This document shows, one piece after another, positions 25,975 through 35,437 of a DNA stretch of 64,000 nt. The translations under genes and the position numbers were made by a program. The notes beneath the pieces are model-generated. The model saw only the letters and a list, made by a program, of their open reading frames with translations. It had not been told where the DNA came from and ran no database searches. The stretch's first letter is position 1; each line of letters opens with the position of its first letter. Source of the DNA: a virus; IMG/VR virus record IMGVR_UViG_3300020122_000058, positions 1-64,000 of that record; one strand, given 5' to 3'.

Positions 25975-26403
25975 ATGTCGCTTACTTCAGCAACGGCCCA
26001 GTTGATGCTCAGTGTGACTGGGCTCTTCACAAGCCCACAGCAGCTTCAGCAATTCGATGCGGATGACATCTTCAACTCTGAGCAAGTGAAGATCGCAGAA
26101 ACCCGCATGGGTGTGGACGGTATTCTGTCCGCCGGTCTCGTCTTCAACGAGAAGGTGATGAATATCGTGCTGGCGTCCAACTCGCCTTCCATCGCGGTGT
26201 TCAACTCATGGATCGCCGCCATGAAAGCGCAGGGAGAAGTCCTGCCGGGAAGCATGACGGTGCTGATCAAAGGCATCGGTATCAAATTCAGTTGCCCGAA
26301 AGGGTTTCTGACCGACTATCCACCGTTCCCCGACCTGAAGAAACTGGTCGGTCCGCAGAAGTTCACGCTGCGCTGGGAAGACGTGGTGCCGTCGCCGGTC
26401 TAA
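25975..26403 (+). CDS. tail tube protein (DUF3277-like)
   Basis: 142 aa with the RBS aaggaagg. It sits in the canonical position after the sheath. Confidence 0.65.
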   Translation: MSLTSATAQLMLSVTGLFTSPQQLQQFDADDIFNSEQVKIAETRMGVDGILSAGLVFNEKVMNIVLASNSPSIAVFNSWIAAMKAQGEVLPGSMTVLIKGIGIKFSCPKGFLTDYPPFPDLKKLVGPQKFTLRWEDVVPSPV

Positions 26404-26432
26404 GTTCCACATTCTCGCTATGGGAGGAGCCA

Positions 26433-26909
26433 ATGCGAGCCACGAAAGAATACACGGTAGAACTGAACAACAGGGACAAGGGTAAAACCTTTATCCTGAC
26501 AGAGTGGCCTGCCACCACAGCGGAACGCTGGGCCAACCGCGCAATCATCGCGGTGGGTAATTCAGGCGCGAAGATAGACCATGTGCAAGGCATGGGCGTC
26601 AACGGCGTAGCCATCCTCGGCTTCAAGGCATTGTTCGGCATACAGGAGGGCGTTGCCCTTACTCTGCTTGACGAGTTGATGCTTTGCGTCAAGAAGAAAG
26701 AGGAAGCTGCGCCGGATGGGCGTGATCTGGTTGAAGATGACATTGAAGAAGTCACGACCAGATGGCGCATCAAACAGGAGGTCTTCGCCCTCCATACGGG
26801 TTTTTCGTGGGCCGAGATCGAGCGAATATTGATCTCGGCCATTACCCCACGTCCCGAAGACTCATCGAATACCCCTCCCACATCCCCAGAACAATCGGCT
26901 TCGTCATAG
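26433..26909 (+). CDS. tail assembly chaperone (short, zero-frame product)
   Basis: 158 aa with the RBS gggaggag. It lies between the tube and the tape measure and has an acidic C-half. Confidence 0.7.
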   Translation: MRATKEYTVELNNRDKGKTFILTEWPATTAERWANRAIIAVGNSGAKIDHVQGMGVNGVAILGFKALFGIQEGVALTLLDELMLCVKKKEEAAPDGRDLVEDDIEEVTTRWRIKQEVFALHTGFSWAEIERILISAITPRPEDSSNTPPTSPEQSASS

Positions 26910-27034
26910 CCTCTGAAAGGGCGACGCTGGTGGAACTGGACACACACCTTGGTGTGCGAGATCTCTACGATATCATTGACATGATACTCGTTGACTCGCA
27001 TAATCGTCGCGTGCTGCAACAAGAGAACAAATAA
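26433..27034 (+). CDS. tail assembly chaperone, -1 frameshift fusion product (~200 aa)
   Basis: The slippery heptamer G GGT TTT lies at 26798-26804 in the zero frame. The -1 frame is open to TAA 27032-27034, which overlaps the tape-measure ATG. The new C-terminus is ATLVELDTHLGVRDLYDIIDMILVDSHNRR. Confidence 0.6.
26798..26804 (+). promoter_or_regulatory. programmed -1 ribosomal frameshift slippery site GGGTTTT
   Basis: It has the X XXY YYZ pattern in the correct phase (codons GGT TTT of ...HTGFS...). Confidence 0.55.
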
Positions 27035-28887
27035 TGGCTGAAGCCACCGTCATTGACTCTCTTGTGGTTGAACTGGGGCTAGACCCTTCGAAACTTGACG
27101 CGCAGCAGAAGCGCGCGGTTGACGCGTTTAAGAAAGCACAAGAAGCTGGCAAGAAAGCCGGTCAAGAGATTGAAGAGCGCGCAGCCAAGGCGGCAGAGGG
27201 TCTAGAGAAGATTGCCAAAGCGGCATTCGGTGTGTTCGCCGCGTTTACTGCTGGGCGCGGTATTCGTGACTTCGTTGAGGGTATGATAGAAGTCAATTCT
27301 GAACTTGGCCGCTCTGCGAAGAACATTGACTCCAATGCTCAGATCCTTTCGCAATGGCGCGGTGCAGCCACGCAGGTGGGCGGCACTGCACAGGCTACTA
27401 CAGCCAGCATCGCAGGGCTGGTGGGCCAGTTTGAGATGTTCTCAATCACTGGCAATTCTTCCGTCATTCCATATTTCCGCGCCCTTGGCGTGCACATCTC
27501 TGACGCAGAGGGCCGCATGCGGCCCTTCAACGATATCATGCTCGAATTGGCTGACAGGTTCAGCCACATGGATCGTGCACGTGCAAACGTATTCGGTCAG
27601 CAGCTTGGTCTAGATCAAGGCACCATCAACTTGCTTCTCCAGGGGCGGCAAGCTGTGCAGGCCATGCTGGAAGCGCAGAAGCGGTACGCACCGACAGACA
27701 AGGATATAGCAGCCGCCACCAAGATGCAGGCGGAGCTCGCCAAGCTGCAACAGGCCAGCACTCGCTTGGGCATTACGCTCCTCACGGAAGCCACGCCTGC
27801 CATAGACAAGGTGGCCACGTTGCTCAACAACCTTGCTGACTGGCTACAGGCGCATCCAACGGTGCTTACAGCAATCGCCATCGGGCTTGGGGCTATAGGC
27901 ACTGCGATCACTGTCGGGCTTTCAGTTTCTGCTCTCAGCGTGGCGGCAACTGGTCTCGCTACCGTGACTTCTGCCGTTGCCTCTCTTGGGTTCACGATGC
28001 TGTTCACCCCATTCGGGTGGTTCTTGCTCAGCATTGCTGCCATTGTTTATGCCTTCACGCATTGGCGCGATATCATGAAGGAGGTCAAATCCCTCTGGGA
28101 AGATCTTACGACAAAAGCTGGCGCTCAGAGACGTGCTGCAAGCTACGCAGCACAGCAGCGTGCAATACATGATCGTGAGCATGGCATCTGGCATCCCATC
28201 AGTTGGTACAAGGATCACGACGAAAAACAGGCCGCGGTTGCCAAACAAGTCCAGAATCTTTCCCCGAGAACGAAAGCCCTGTTGACAGACATTGCAGGCG
28301 GAGAGTCAGGCGGTCAGTACAATGTGATGTACGGCGGAAGCACGTTCTCATCGTATGCGGATCATCCAAACATTCCGCATCTCATCACTTCAGGACCGAA
28401 CGTAGGCAAGTATTCCACCGCTGCTGGCAAGTACCAATTCACCCACGAGACATGGAAAGAGGCTCAGAAAGCCCTTGGCCTGAAGGACTTCAGTCCAGCA
28501 AGCCAAGACAAGGCAGCGATGTGGGTCGCAGCGCGGGATTATCTGAGCAGGACTGGACGTGATCTGAACAAGGATCTCCAGTCTAATGACCCTCATACGC
28601 TGGCAATGATCGGTCGCGCTCTTGCGCCTACCTGGACATCTCTTCCTGGAGGGATAGAGTCTTCTCAATCTTCACAGCATTTTGTATCTTCGCTTACCGG
28701 CGCACCGGCAGCCGCAATGGCTGCGTCTGGTGGTGCTGGCGGTCAAGGCGGTAAGCGCTCAATCACCATTGGTAACATTAGCGTGGATGCTTCCAACGCC
28801 AAGGATGCCGCTGAGACTTGGCAGGATACTGGTAAGGCGATTGATAACTTTGACGTAGCACTGCAAGCGAACGGAGGCCCCGCGTGA
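27034..28887 (+). CDS. tape measure protein with C-terminal lambda-R-like (GH104) lytic transglycosylase domain
   Basis: 617 aa with central TM-like helices. Its C-terminal domain lines up with lambda R as I remember it: GGESGGQYNVMYGGSTFSSYADHP with GGELFTDYSDHP, STAAGKYQF...LGLKDFSPASQD with STGAGRYQL...LGLKDFSPKSQD, and TWTSLPGG with IWASLPGA. Confidence 0.8.
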   Translation: MAEATVIDSLVVELGLDPSKLDAQQKRAVDAFKKAQEAGKKAGQEIEERAAKAAEGLEKIAKAAFGVFAAFTAGRGIRDFVEGMIEVNSELGRSAKNIDSNAQILSQWRGAATQVGGTAQATTASIAGLVGQFEMFSITGNSSVIPYFRALGVHISDAEGRMRPFNDIMLELADRFSHMDRARANVFGQQLGLDQGTINLLLQGRQAVQAMLEAQKRYAPTDKDIAAATKMQAELAKLQQASTRLGITLLTEATPAIDKVATLLNNLADWLQAHPTVLTAIAIGLGAIGTAITVGLSVSALSVAATGLATVTSAVASLGFTMLFTPFGWFLLSIAAIVYAFTHWRDIMKEVKSLWEDLTTKAGAQRRAASYAAQQRAIHDREHGIWHPISWYKDHDEKQAAVAKQVQNLSPRTKALLTDIAGGESGGQYNVMYGGSTFSSYADHPNIPHLITSGPNVGKYSTAAGKYQFTHETWKEAQKALGLKDFSPASQDKAAMWVAARDYLSRTGRDLNKDLQSNDPHTLAMIGRALAPTWTSLPGGIESSQSSQHFVSSLTGAPAAAMAASGGAGGQGGKRSITIGNISVDASNAKDAAETWQDTGKAIDNFDVALQANGGPA

Positions 28888-29564
28888 CAACGTTCCCCGG
28901 CTTGCCCCCACTTGCGCCTGAAGACCAGCCGCCTGACGCGCCGGATCAACAGGGAGACGATACTGTAAATCCACCCTCAGATCCCAATTCTCCTCAATGG
29001 GGTCTGTACAAGGATGGCGAAGCAGTGATTGTTGCGGACTCGGTAACTGCCGTTCATCTGCGCCCTACTTCTCAGATCTCTGACTATCCTGTGGAAGAAG
29101 GTGGTTTTCAGTCGTACGACAAGGTGCAACTTCCTCTGACAGGGGTGTTCAGGTTTACGACTGGCGGTTCTGTCTCTGATCGCGCTGATATGCTGGACTC
29201 AATAGAAGATGCCAAGCAATCACTTGATCTGTACGACTTCGTAATGCCTGAGAAGACGTATCCAAACGTCAATGTCACTGATTATGATCTGAGCCGTGCC
29301 AACACAGACTCAGGCCTCCTGTCAGTAGACGTTTCAGTTGAAGAAGTGCGTTCCACGGTGGTGGCGGCTTTCTCAAAATCGGCAGCACCAAATTCCAAGT
29401 CCATAACCAATGCCAAGACACCCACAGCGAATGACTCTCAGTCTGGTGGTACAGTGGCACCGGGGCTCACTACGGCTACGCAAGACACCGCCTTAGCCAA
29501 CACGTACTTCCCTGGACCTCCTGATCCCTCGCCTCTTGGGCAGCCTTACGTGGCGGGGCACTGA
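28884..29564 (+). CDS. tail/baseplate protein
   Basis: 226 aa from GTG 28884 (GTGA overlap). It has a Pro/Asp-rich N-terminus. The motif ISDYPVEEGGFQSYDKVQLPL is common in proteins that follow tape measures. Confidence 0.5.
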   Translation: MTTFPGLPPLAPEDQPPDAPDQQGDDTVNPPSDPNSPQWGLYKDGEAVIVADSVTAVHLRPTSQISDYPVEEGGFQSYDKVQLPLTGVFRFTTGGSVSDRADMLDSIEDAKQSLDLYDFVMPEKTYPNVNVTDYDLSRANTDSGLLSVDVSVEEVRSTVVAAFSKSAAPNSKSITNAKTPTANDSQSGGTVAPGLTTATQDTALANTYFPGPPDPSPLGQPYVAGH

Positions 29565-29884
29565 TGGCCCAGACCATTCCAGTACAGGCGGTGCCAAACC
29601 AGACGCTGAGCCTTACACTCAATGATCAAGCAGTCACGTTGAACATCTACCAGAAGAGCTCAGGTCTCTACATGGATGTGCTGGTGAACAACACAGACGT
29701 GATCGTTGGCGGTGTCATCTGTCAAAACCTGAACCGAATTGTGCGCGATCTGTATCTTGGCTTCACCGGTGATTTCTCGTGGTTTGACAACCAAGGCAAT
29801 TCGGATCCTGAGTACACAGGCATCGGAGATCGTTGGACGCTTCTTTACCTGGAACCCGCTGACTTGCCGCCGGGTGCTGGCTGA
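29564..29884 (+). CDS. tail/baseplate assembly protein
   Basis: 106 aa with TGATG coupling at both ends. Confidence 0.5.
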   Translation: MAQTIPVQAVPNQTLSLTLNDQAVTLNIYQKSSGLYMDVLVNNTDVIVGGVICQNLNRIVRDLYLGFTGDFSWFDNQGNSDPEYTGIGDRWTLLYLEPADLPPGAG

Positions 29885-30783
29885 TGGCTGACAGCTTCAC
29901 TGCCAAGCGCCTGCGGTTCACCTTCACCTTGGGCCATGGCCAATTCGGCGCTGATGGTTCTGACACGTTGATGGTCAGCGAAGTGCGTTCTGCCGTGCAC
30001 GTTGAATATGCGGGCGGCGGAGTTATGCCGAAGGCTTCTGCGAAGATCTTCGGAATGAAGCAAGATCAGATGAATGCGCTTTCTACATTGGGGCAGGTGG
30101 CTACCACGTGGCGTCGTAACCTTGTGACCATAGAAGCAGGGGAAGAAGGTGGTGCCTTCTCTCAAGTGTTTACTGGTGTCATCGTCAACGGATACGGCGA
30201 TTATGCCCAGATGCCGAAACCACCGTTCATCGTTGATGCTGCCGGTGGTTTCACAGATCAGCTGATGCCGCCGAAAAATGGACAGACCAGTTATGTCGGG
30301 GCCACAGACGTGGCCACGATGCTCGCCAACTTGGCAGATCAATGCGATCCACCGTTGAAGTTCGAGAACAACGGTGTCAACCGTGTGCTAACGAATCCGT
30401 ACTATGCTGGCAGCCCTCGTCAACAGATCAGACAGATCGTTGAAGATGCAGGAATTGAATGGAACAGCGGTGAGAAAGGTATTCTGGCAATTTGGGAACC
30501 AGGACAATTCCGCACAGGTATGATCCCTCTTATTGCACCACCGCCTGAAGGCTCAATGATTGGCTATCCTGCGTTCTTCAGTCAGGGCATTACCGTGCGC
30601 AATATCTATAATCCGAATGTGCGCCAAGGCGGCAAGGTACAGGTGAAGAGTTCTCTGCCAGCAGCCAATCAGGTATGGGGCGTTACGCGCGTGGATTATG
30701 ATCTGGAAGCCATGATGCCCAAGGGGCGATGGGATATGACTATCTGGGCGGCACCGCCCGGTTTCACGATTGTGCCAACATGA
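29884..30783 (+). CDS. baseplate hub-like protein
   Basis: 299 aa, placed before the V-like spike gene. The call rests on gene order only. Confidence 0.4.
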   Translation: MADSFTAKRLRFTFTLGHGQFGADGSDTLMVSEVRSAVHVEYAGGGVMPKASAKIFGMKQDQMNALSTLGQVATTWRRNLVTIEAGEEGGAFSQVFTGVIVNGYGDYAQMPKPPFIVDAAGGFTDQLMPPKNGQTSYVGATDVATMLANLADQCDPPLKFENNGVNRVLTNPYYAGSPRQQIRQIVEDAGIEWNSGEKGILAIWEPGQFRTGMIPLIAPPPEGSMIGYPAFFSQGITVRNIYNPNVRQGGKVQVKSSLPAANQVWGVTRVDYDLEAMMPKGRWDMTIWAAPPGFTIVPT

Positions 30784-31496
30784 GCTCAGCAGGCAAAGGG
30801 TATCCGGGGCAGGCTGGCACCGGCAGCGGCAACACGCGTTCTTCAGCGATGTTGTTTCTCGTCAAGCAGATGCTGCGCTTGGTGCAGACAGCGACCATCG
30901 TGCAGGTGAAGGCAGTAAAAGGCGGAGGACTTGATTACCCGGCAGAGGTGAATGTGCTGCCACTTGTGAACCTTCAAGATGGCATCGGAACCATTTCCAA
31001 ACATGGTATCGTGAATGGCCTGCCGTGCTGGCGCTTGCAAGGTGGCGACAACAGCATCATCTGCGATCCGGTTATCAACGATATTGGCATCGCGATATTC
31101 GCGAGCCGCGATATCAGTTCCGTGAAAAACAACAAGGCGCAATCAAACCCCGGCTCTCGGCGCATCTTCAGTTGGGCTGATGGAATGTACCTTGGCGGCA
31201 TTTTGAATGCCGCGCCGGTACAGTACGTCTGGTTCAAGTCTGACGGCATACAGCTAGTTGACAAGAACGGTAACACAATCACGTTGAATGCCACCGGTAT
31301 GGATCTGGTGGATAAGAACACGAACGAAATCAAAACAGACAGCGGCGGTATCCACATCAACGGTGTTCTATTCGCTCGTGATCAAAGCATAACCAACGCC
31401 AAGAACATCACGACTCAGAGCAGCATTGATCTCAACACCCATGTTCATACCGGTGTCACAACTGGTGGCGGCAACACAGGAGGACCCACAGGATGA
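30780..31496 (+). CDS. baseplate spike protein (gpV / Mu gp45-like)
   Basis: 238 aa from ATG 30780 (ATGA overlap). It has an OB-like N-half (IVQVKAVKGGG ... LPLVNLQDG) and a C-terminal HxH apex motif (NTHVHTGV). Confidence 0.6.
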   Translation: MSSAGKGYPGQAGTGSGNTRSSAMLFLVKQMLRLVQTATIVQVKAVKGGGLDYPAEVNVLPLVNLQDGIGTISKHGIVNGLPCWRLQGGDNSIICDPVINDIGIAIFASRDISSVKNNKAQSNPGSRRIFSWADGMYLGGILNAAPVQYVWFKSDGIQLVDKNGNTITLNATGMDLVDKNTNEIKTDSGGIHINGVLFARDQSITNAKNITTQSSIDLNTHVHTGVTTGGGNTGGPTG

Positions 31497-31843
31497 GCGC
31501 CTCTCTGTATCTAGTGCCCAGCACGTGGGATCTAACGGCGGATCTAAACGGCAATATCGCGATCGCCAATGATCCGTATGCTACTGCGCAGGACGTTGCA
31601 TGCGCTGTGAAGCTGTTTCTTGGCGGCTTGTACTACGATATCACGCAGGGCATTCCGTGGGATACAATCCTCGGTAAGTTGCCCCCTATCGGTTATGTGC
31701 GCTCGAAAATCGTTGATGCCGCCATGACGGTGCCCAACGTAGCGACGGCGCAAGCATTCTTCTCGTCCTTCTCTAACAGGGCAATCGCAGGGCAGGTTGT
31801 CTGCACTACCAAAACCGGCCAACGAATTGTCGTGAGCTTCTGA
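31493..31843 (+). CDS. baseplate wedge protein (gp25/W-like)
   Basis: 116 aa, located between the V-like and J-like genes. Confidence 0.45.
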   Translation: MSASLYLVPSTWDLTADLNGNIAIANDPYATAQDVACAVKLFLGGLYYDITQGIPWDTILGKLPPIGYVRSKIVDAAMTVPNVATAQAFFSSFSNRAIAGQVVCTTKTGQRIVVSF

Positions 31844-33291
31844 TGACCATCCAGACAAACGTTCCAGCGATTACGTTTTCGCCGACCGGCTTTGTGCCGC
31901 CTCCCACGTCTTCTGTGTTGTCAGGAGTCCAGGAGGATATGCAGTTTGCCTTCGGCGGGAAACTGAATTTCACTACGACTTCAGGGAGCGTCACCAACTC
32001 AACGCCTCAGGCACAGCTTTGTGATAGCCTTACAGCCATCATTGATAACAACAACCAAGGCTTCTGCAATCTTACGGCGCTGATGGATCCAGCGTATTCA
32101 TACGGACGCTGGCAAGATGGCATTGGGCGCATCTACTTCATCACGCGTTTCCCGGCGCTGCCGACTGTTATCTCAGTGTCGTGCATCGGTGCTCAGGGAG
32201 TGCAGATACCAACTGGCGCTCTGATTGAAGATAGTTCCGGCTTTGAGTACACATGCACAGAGGGCGGCACCATTCCGGCTTCAGGGAATGTGACGTTGAA
32301 TTTTGCCAACACCCAAGTTGGCCCCAACCCTATCCCGGAAAGCAATTCAGTTTCCATCGTGCAGGTCATCAACGGCTGGGATGCCGTTACCTGTACGGGC
32401 GGCACCATAGGTCAAAATGAGGAGAACCGTTCGCAGTTTGAGCAGCGCCGCGCTGCCACTGTTGATCAGAATGCCTTTGGGCCTATCGGACCGGTTATCG
32501 GTGCAGTGTCCAAGGTTCCAGGCATCGTGGATTACTTCGGGTACGACAACGGTACCAGCACAACGGTCGCAGTGAACGGCGTCAATATTCCGCCTAATTC
32601 AATGTATATCTGTGTGGCTCCTGGATCTGCAACGAATGCTTCAGTGGCGCAGGCAATCTTCTCTAAGAAAGCGCCGGGGTGTTCTACGTTCGGTAGCACC
32701 AATGCTGTGGCGTATGACAATAATCCTCTCTACACCGCGCCAGTGCCGTACACGATCAATTTCCAGATCGCGACATTCTTGCAGATACTGGTGCAGGTAA
32801 ATCTCGTGGCTGGCCCCACGGTGCCCTCTGATGCAGCCACGCAGGTGCAGAACCAGATCATTGCCGCTTTTGCGGGTTCCGTGGCTGGCGTGCCGCGTGC
32901 GCGTATCAATTCGCTTCTGCTGGCTGATAATCTTGCATCAGCCATCCGCGCGCTCGGCACATGGGTAAAGCTGCGCTCCCTGTACTTGGGTTCAAACAAC
33001 AGCCCAGGAGCAACCTTCAACGCGACTATTGCTGGCACGGCGCTGACTGTGACGGGTGGATTGACTGGCACCATAGCCATAGGTCAGACCATCTCTGATG
33101 CCGGTGGCGTTATCCCAGAGGGCACCACCATCGTCAGCGGCAGCGGTACTTCTTGGGTCATCAGCCAGCCTGTTACCATAGGCTCGCCGACGGCAATAAC
33201 GGCTGCGGTGGCAAGCCTGTCTCAGTTGCAGGTGCAGGCCAATCAGGAACCTGAAGCGGTGGCAGCCAACATTCAGGTCAATGTGACATGA
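31843..33291 (+). CDS. baseplate J-like protein with one C-terminal copy of the shared module
   Basis: 482 aa; size and order fit. The C-terminal insert is ATIAGTALTVTGGLTGTIAIGQTISDAGGVIPEGTTIVSGSGTSWVIS. Confidence 0.6.
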   Translation: MTIQTNVPAITFSPTGFVPPPTSSVLSGVQEDMQFAFGGKLNFTTTSGSVTNSTPQAQLCDSLTAIIDNNNQGFCNLTALMDPAYSYGRWQDGIGRIYFITRFPALPTVISVSCIGAQGVQIPTGALIEDSSGFEYTCTEGGTIPASGNVTLNFANTQVGPNPIPESNSVSIVQVINGWDAVTCTGGTIGQNEENRSQFEQRRAATVDQNAFGPIGPVIGAVSKVPGIVDYFGYDNGTSTTVAVNGVNIPPNSMYICVAPGSATNASVAQAIFSKKAPGCSTFGSTNAVAYDNNPLYTAPVPYTINFQIATFLQILVQVNLVAGPTVPSDAATQVQNQIIAAFAGSVAGVPRARINSLLLADNLASAIRALGTWVKLRSLYLGSNNSPGATFNATIAGTALTVTGGLTGTIAIGQTISDAGGVIPEGTTIVSGSGTSWVISQPVTIGSPTAITAAVASLSQLQVQANQEPEAVAANIQVNVT

Positions 33292-33959
33292 CCGAGAGCG
33301 GACCTCCGTATCCACCGGCACCTGCGGCTGGTTCCAATGCCATCGGTATATTCCAGATTGGCATCAGCCCGATCGGCAGTATCTCTCCGTTCAACATCTG
33401 GGATACCGTCAATCCTGAATATGCCAACAGTCCTGTCATCACTTCGCTTATTGAAAGTTGGTTTGATGCGCTAGACCTGACACAAGTCACGGATCAATTC
33501 TACGATGACATGTGGAATATCGCCACTGCTGTTGGATACGGGTTGGACGTATGGGGACGCATCGTAGGTGTAAGCCGTGTTCTGAATATCGCTGCTGGCT
33601 CGTATTTCGGCTTTGAAGAAGCTGTTTCTGGTGGTGGTATTTCTGGCTTCAACCAGTCTCCATTCTTTTCTGGAGAGACAACCACAACCAACTTCGTACT
33701 CTCTGATGAGAATTACCGGCAGCTTATTCTGGCTAAAGCCGCGTACAACATCTGTGATGGTTCCATTCCTTCTATCAACGCCATCCTGATGAACCTGTTT
33801 GGTACTTCCGGTCAGTGCTACGTAACTGACAACGGCGGCATGTCAATGACGTACACGTTCAACTTTCAGCCGACGCTTCTGCAACTGGCCATCATCTATC
33901 AGTCTGGCGTACTGCCAAAGCCCGCCGGAGTAGAAGCTACGGTCATCATCAACCCGTGA
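33288..33959 (+). CDS. baseplate/tail-fibre-proximal protein (DUF2612-like)
   Basis: 223 aa. The LDVWGRIVGVSRVL motif is typical of DUF2612 by recollection. It follows the J-like gene. Confidence 0.55.
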   Translation: MTESGPPYPPAPAAGSNAIGIFQIGISPIGSISPFNIWDTVNPEYANSPVITSLIESWFDALDLTQVTDQFYDDMWNIATAVGYGLDVWGRIVGVSRVLNIAAGSYFGFEEAVSGGGISGFNQSPFFSGETTTTNFVLSDENYRQLILAKAAYNICDGSIPSINAILMNLFGTSGQCYVTDNGGMSMTYTFNFQPTLLQLAIIYQSGVLPKPAGVEATVIINP

Positions 33960-33967
33960 GGAAATCC

Positions 33968-35428
33968 ATGAAGAAACTTATCTCTGCGTTCTTGGCGCTC
34001 TGCGCTCTGTGCGCGCCTGCAAGCGCGTTGAACCAGACGGACATACCGGCAAAGTTCCCGATCACGTGGGGTGCTAACGCCGGGCCTTCATTCATTCGCA
34101 GCATTCCGGTGACTTCTCAGATCGGTATCCAGAATGGTGCTGCATCTCTCACTGACGGTTTCCCTCCGCTGACGTTCACGCCGGTTTCTGCTGGTGGCGT
34201 CCCGCCCTTTGGGCAGGACATGAATGGCATCCTCAACCAGCTTTCTGCATGGGGTCAATGGCAAAACGCTGGCGGACCGGTGCAGTACGATGCCAGCTTC
34301 GCAGCGACTGCCGGTGGCTATCCCAAGGGCGCGGTGCTTTCTGCAACCAGCTTCGGCAATTTCTGGGTCAGTACGGTGGATGGTAACACGTCCAATCCGG
34401 ACACAGGCGGTGCCAACTGGGTTGGCTTCTCACCGGTGTATCAGTACGCACTTGACACTGGTACCGCCAACGCTGGCTCTGTGACGTTGCCGATTACGAT
34501 CACAGCGCTTTCCCAAATTACCGGCAGACCGATCACAGTCAAGAAGATCAGTCAGAGCAACACCGGAGCGTACACGCTTACCATCAACACGTTCTCTGCT
34601 TCTGTGCGGCATATTGACGGCACCGCGCTGAACAGCGGTGATCTCCCGGCGAGCGGCCCCTTCACAGTCGTGTACGACGGCACTAACCTGTATCTTCAGT
34701 CTCCGGTGCAAGCCTCTGTTCTTGGCACGGCTGCTACCAAGAATGCGACGGATAACACGCAGACCAAAGTGGCTTCTGTCAAAGGCACTATCACGTCCAC
34801 TCATCTTGCTGTGTTCCTGGACAGCAACGGTACTATCGGAGATGCCGGTTCTGCCTTGGGCAGTTATCTCCAGGCACCGAACAATCTTTCTGATCTGGCC
34901 TCTGTTTCAACGGCACGCACCAATCTTGGTCTTGGCGCTACGGCTACGCTGAATGTCGGCACTGGGCTTTCTTCTGGCTCCGGCAATCTGAACATCGCTA
35001 CGAACGGCGTTACCAACTCTCTTCTCGCCCAAGCACCTGCGAACACTCTCAAGGGAAACAACACAGGCTCAACAGCCAATGATGCAGATCTGACAGTCGC
35101 CCAAGTGAAGGCGATGGTCGGCGGCACTGCGGCGCAGATCTTCTACGGCACTGTTTCCGGAACGACTCTTACACCAGTCTATACGCTTGGCGGTGTTTCA
35201 TGCTCGCGTGTCAGCACCGGCATCTATTCATGCAATCTTGGTTCCACTCCGCTGGTGGTTGGCAACGGTACGATCACCGGCAGCTTCCCCGGCGCAACTT
35301 CTCAGCGTGATTGGTATTGGCTGACACCGGGGCCATTCTCGGCCAATCAGACTGGCGTTCAGGCTCAGTTCCAGAATGCCTCAAACAACAATACCGATCC
35401 CTCTGATGTTCTTCTCATCTTCTACTGA
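33968..35428 (+). CDS. tail fibre protein 1 with signal-peptide-like N-terminus
   Basis: 486 aa from ATG 33968 (RBS gagga). The N-terminus reads MKKLISAFLALCALCAPASA/LN. The conserved fibre N-region is GFPPLTF...GGVPPFGQDMNGILNQLS. One NNLSDLASVSTARTNLGLG collar repeat is present. Confidence 0.7.
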   Translation: MKKLISAFLALCALCAPASALNQTDIPAKFPITWGANAGPSFIRSIPVTSQIGIQNGAASLTDGFPPLTFTPVSAGGVPPFGQDMNGILNQLSAWGQWQNAGGPVQYDASFAATAGGYPKGAVLSATSFGNFWVSTVDGNTSNPDTGGANWVGFSPVYQYALDTGTANAGSVTLPITITALSQITGRPITVKKISQSNTGAYTLTINTFSASVRHIDGTALNSGDLPASGPFTVVYDGTNLYLQSPVQASVLGTAATKNATDNTQTKVASVKGTITSTHLAVFLDSNGTIGDAGSALGSYLQAPNNLSDLASVSTARTNLGLGATATLNVGTGLSSGSGNLNIATNGVTNSLLAQAPANTLKGNNTGSTANDADLTVAQVKAMVGGTAAQIFYGTVSGTTLTPVYTLGGVSCSRVSTGIYSCNLGSTPLVVGNGTITGSFPGATSQRDWYWLTPGPFSANQTGVQAQFQNASNNNTDPSDVLLIFY

Positions 35429-35437
35429 GGTCTAGTT

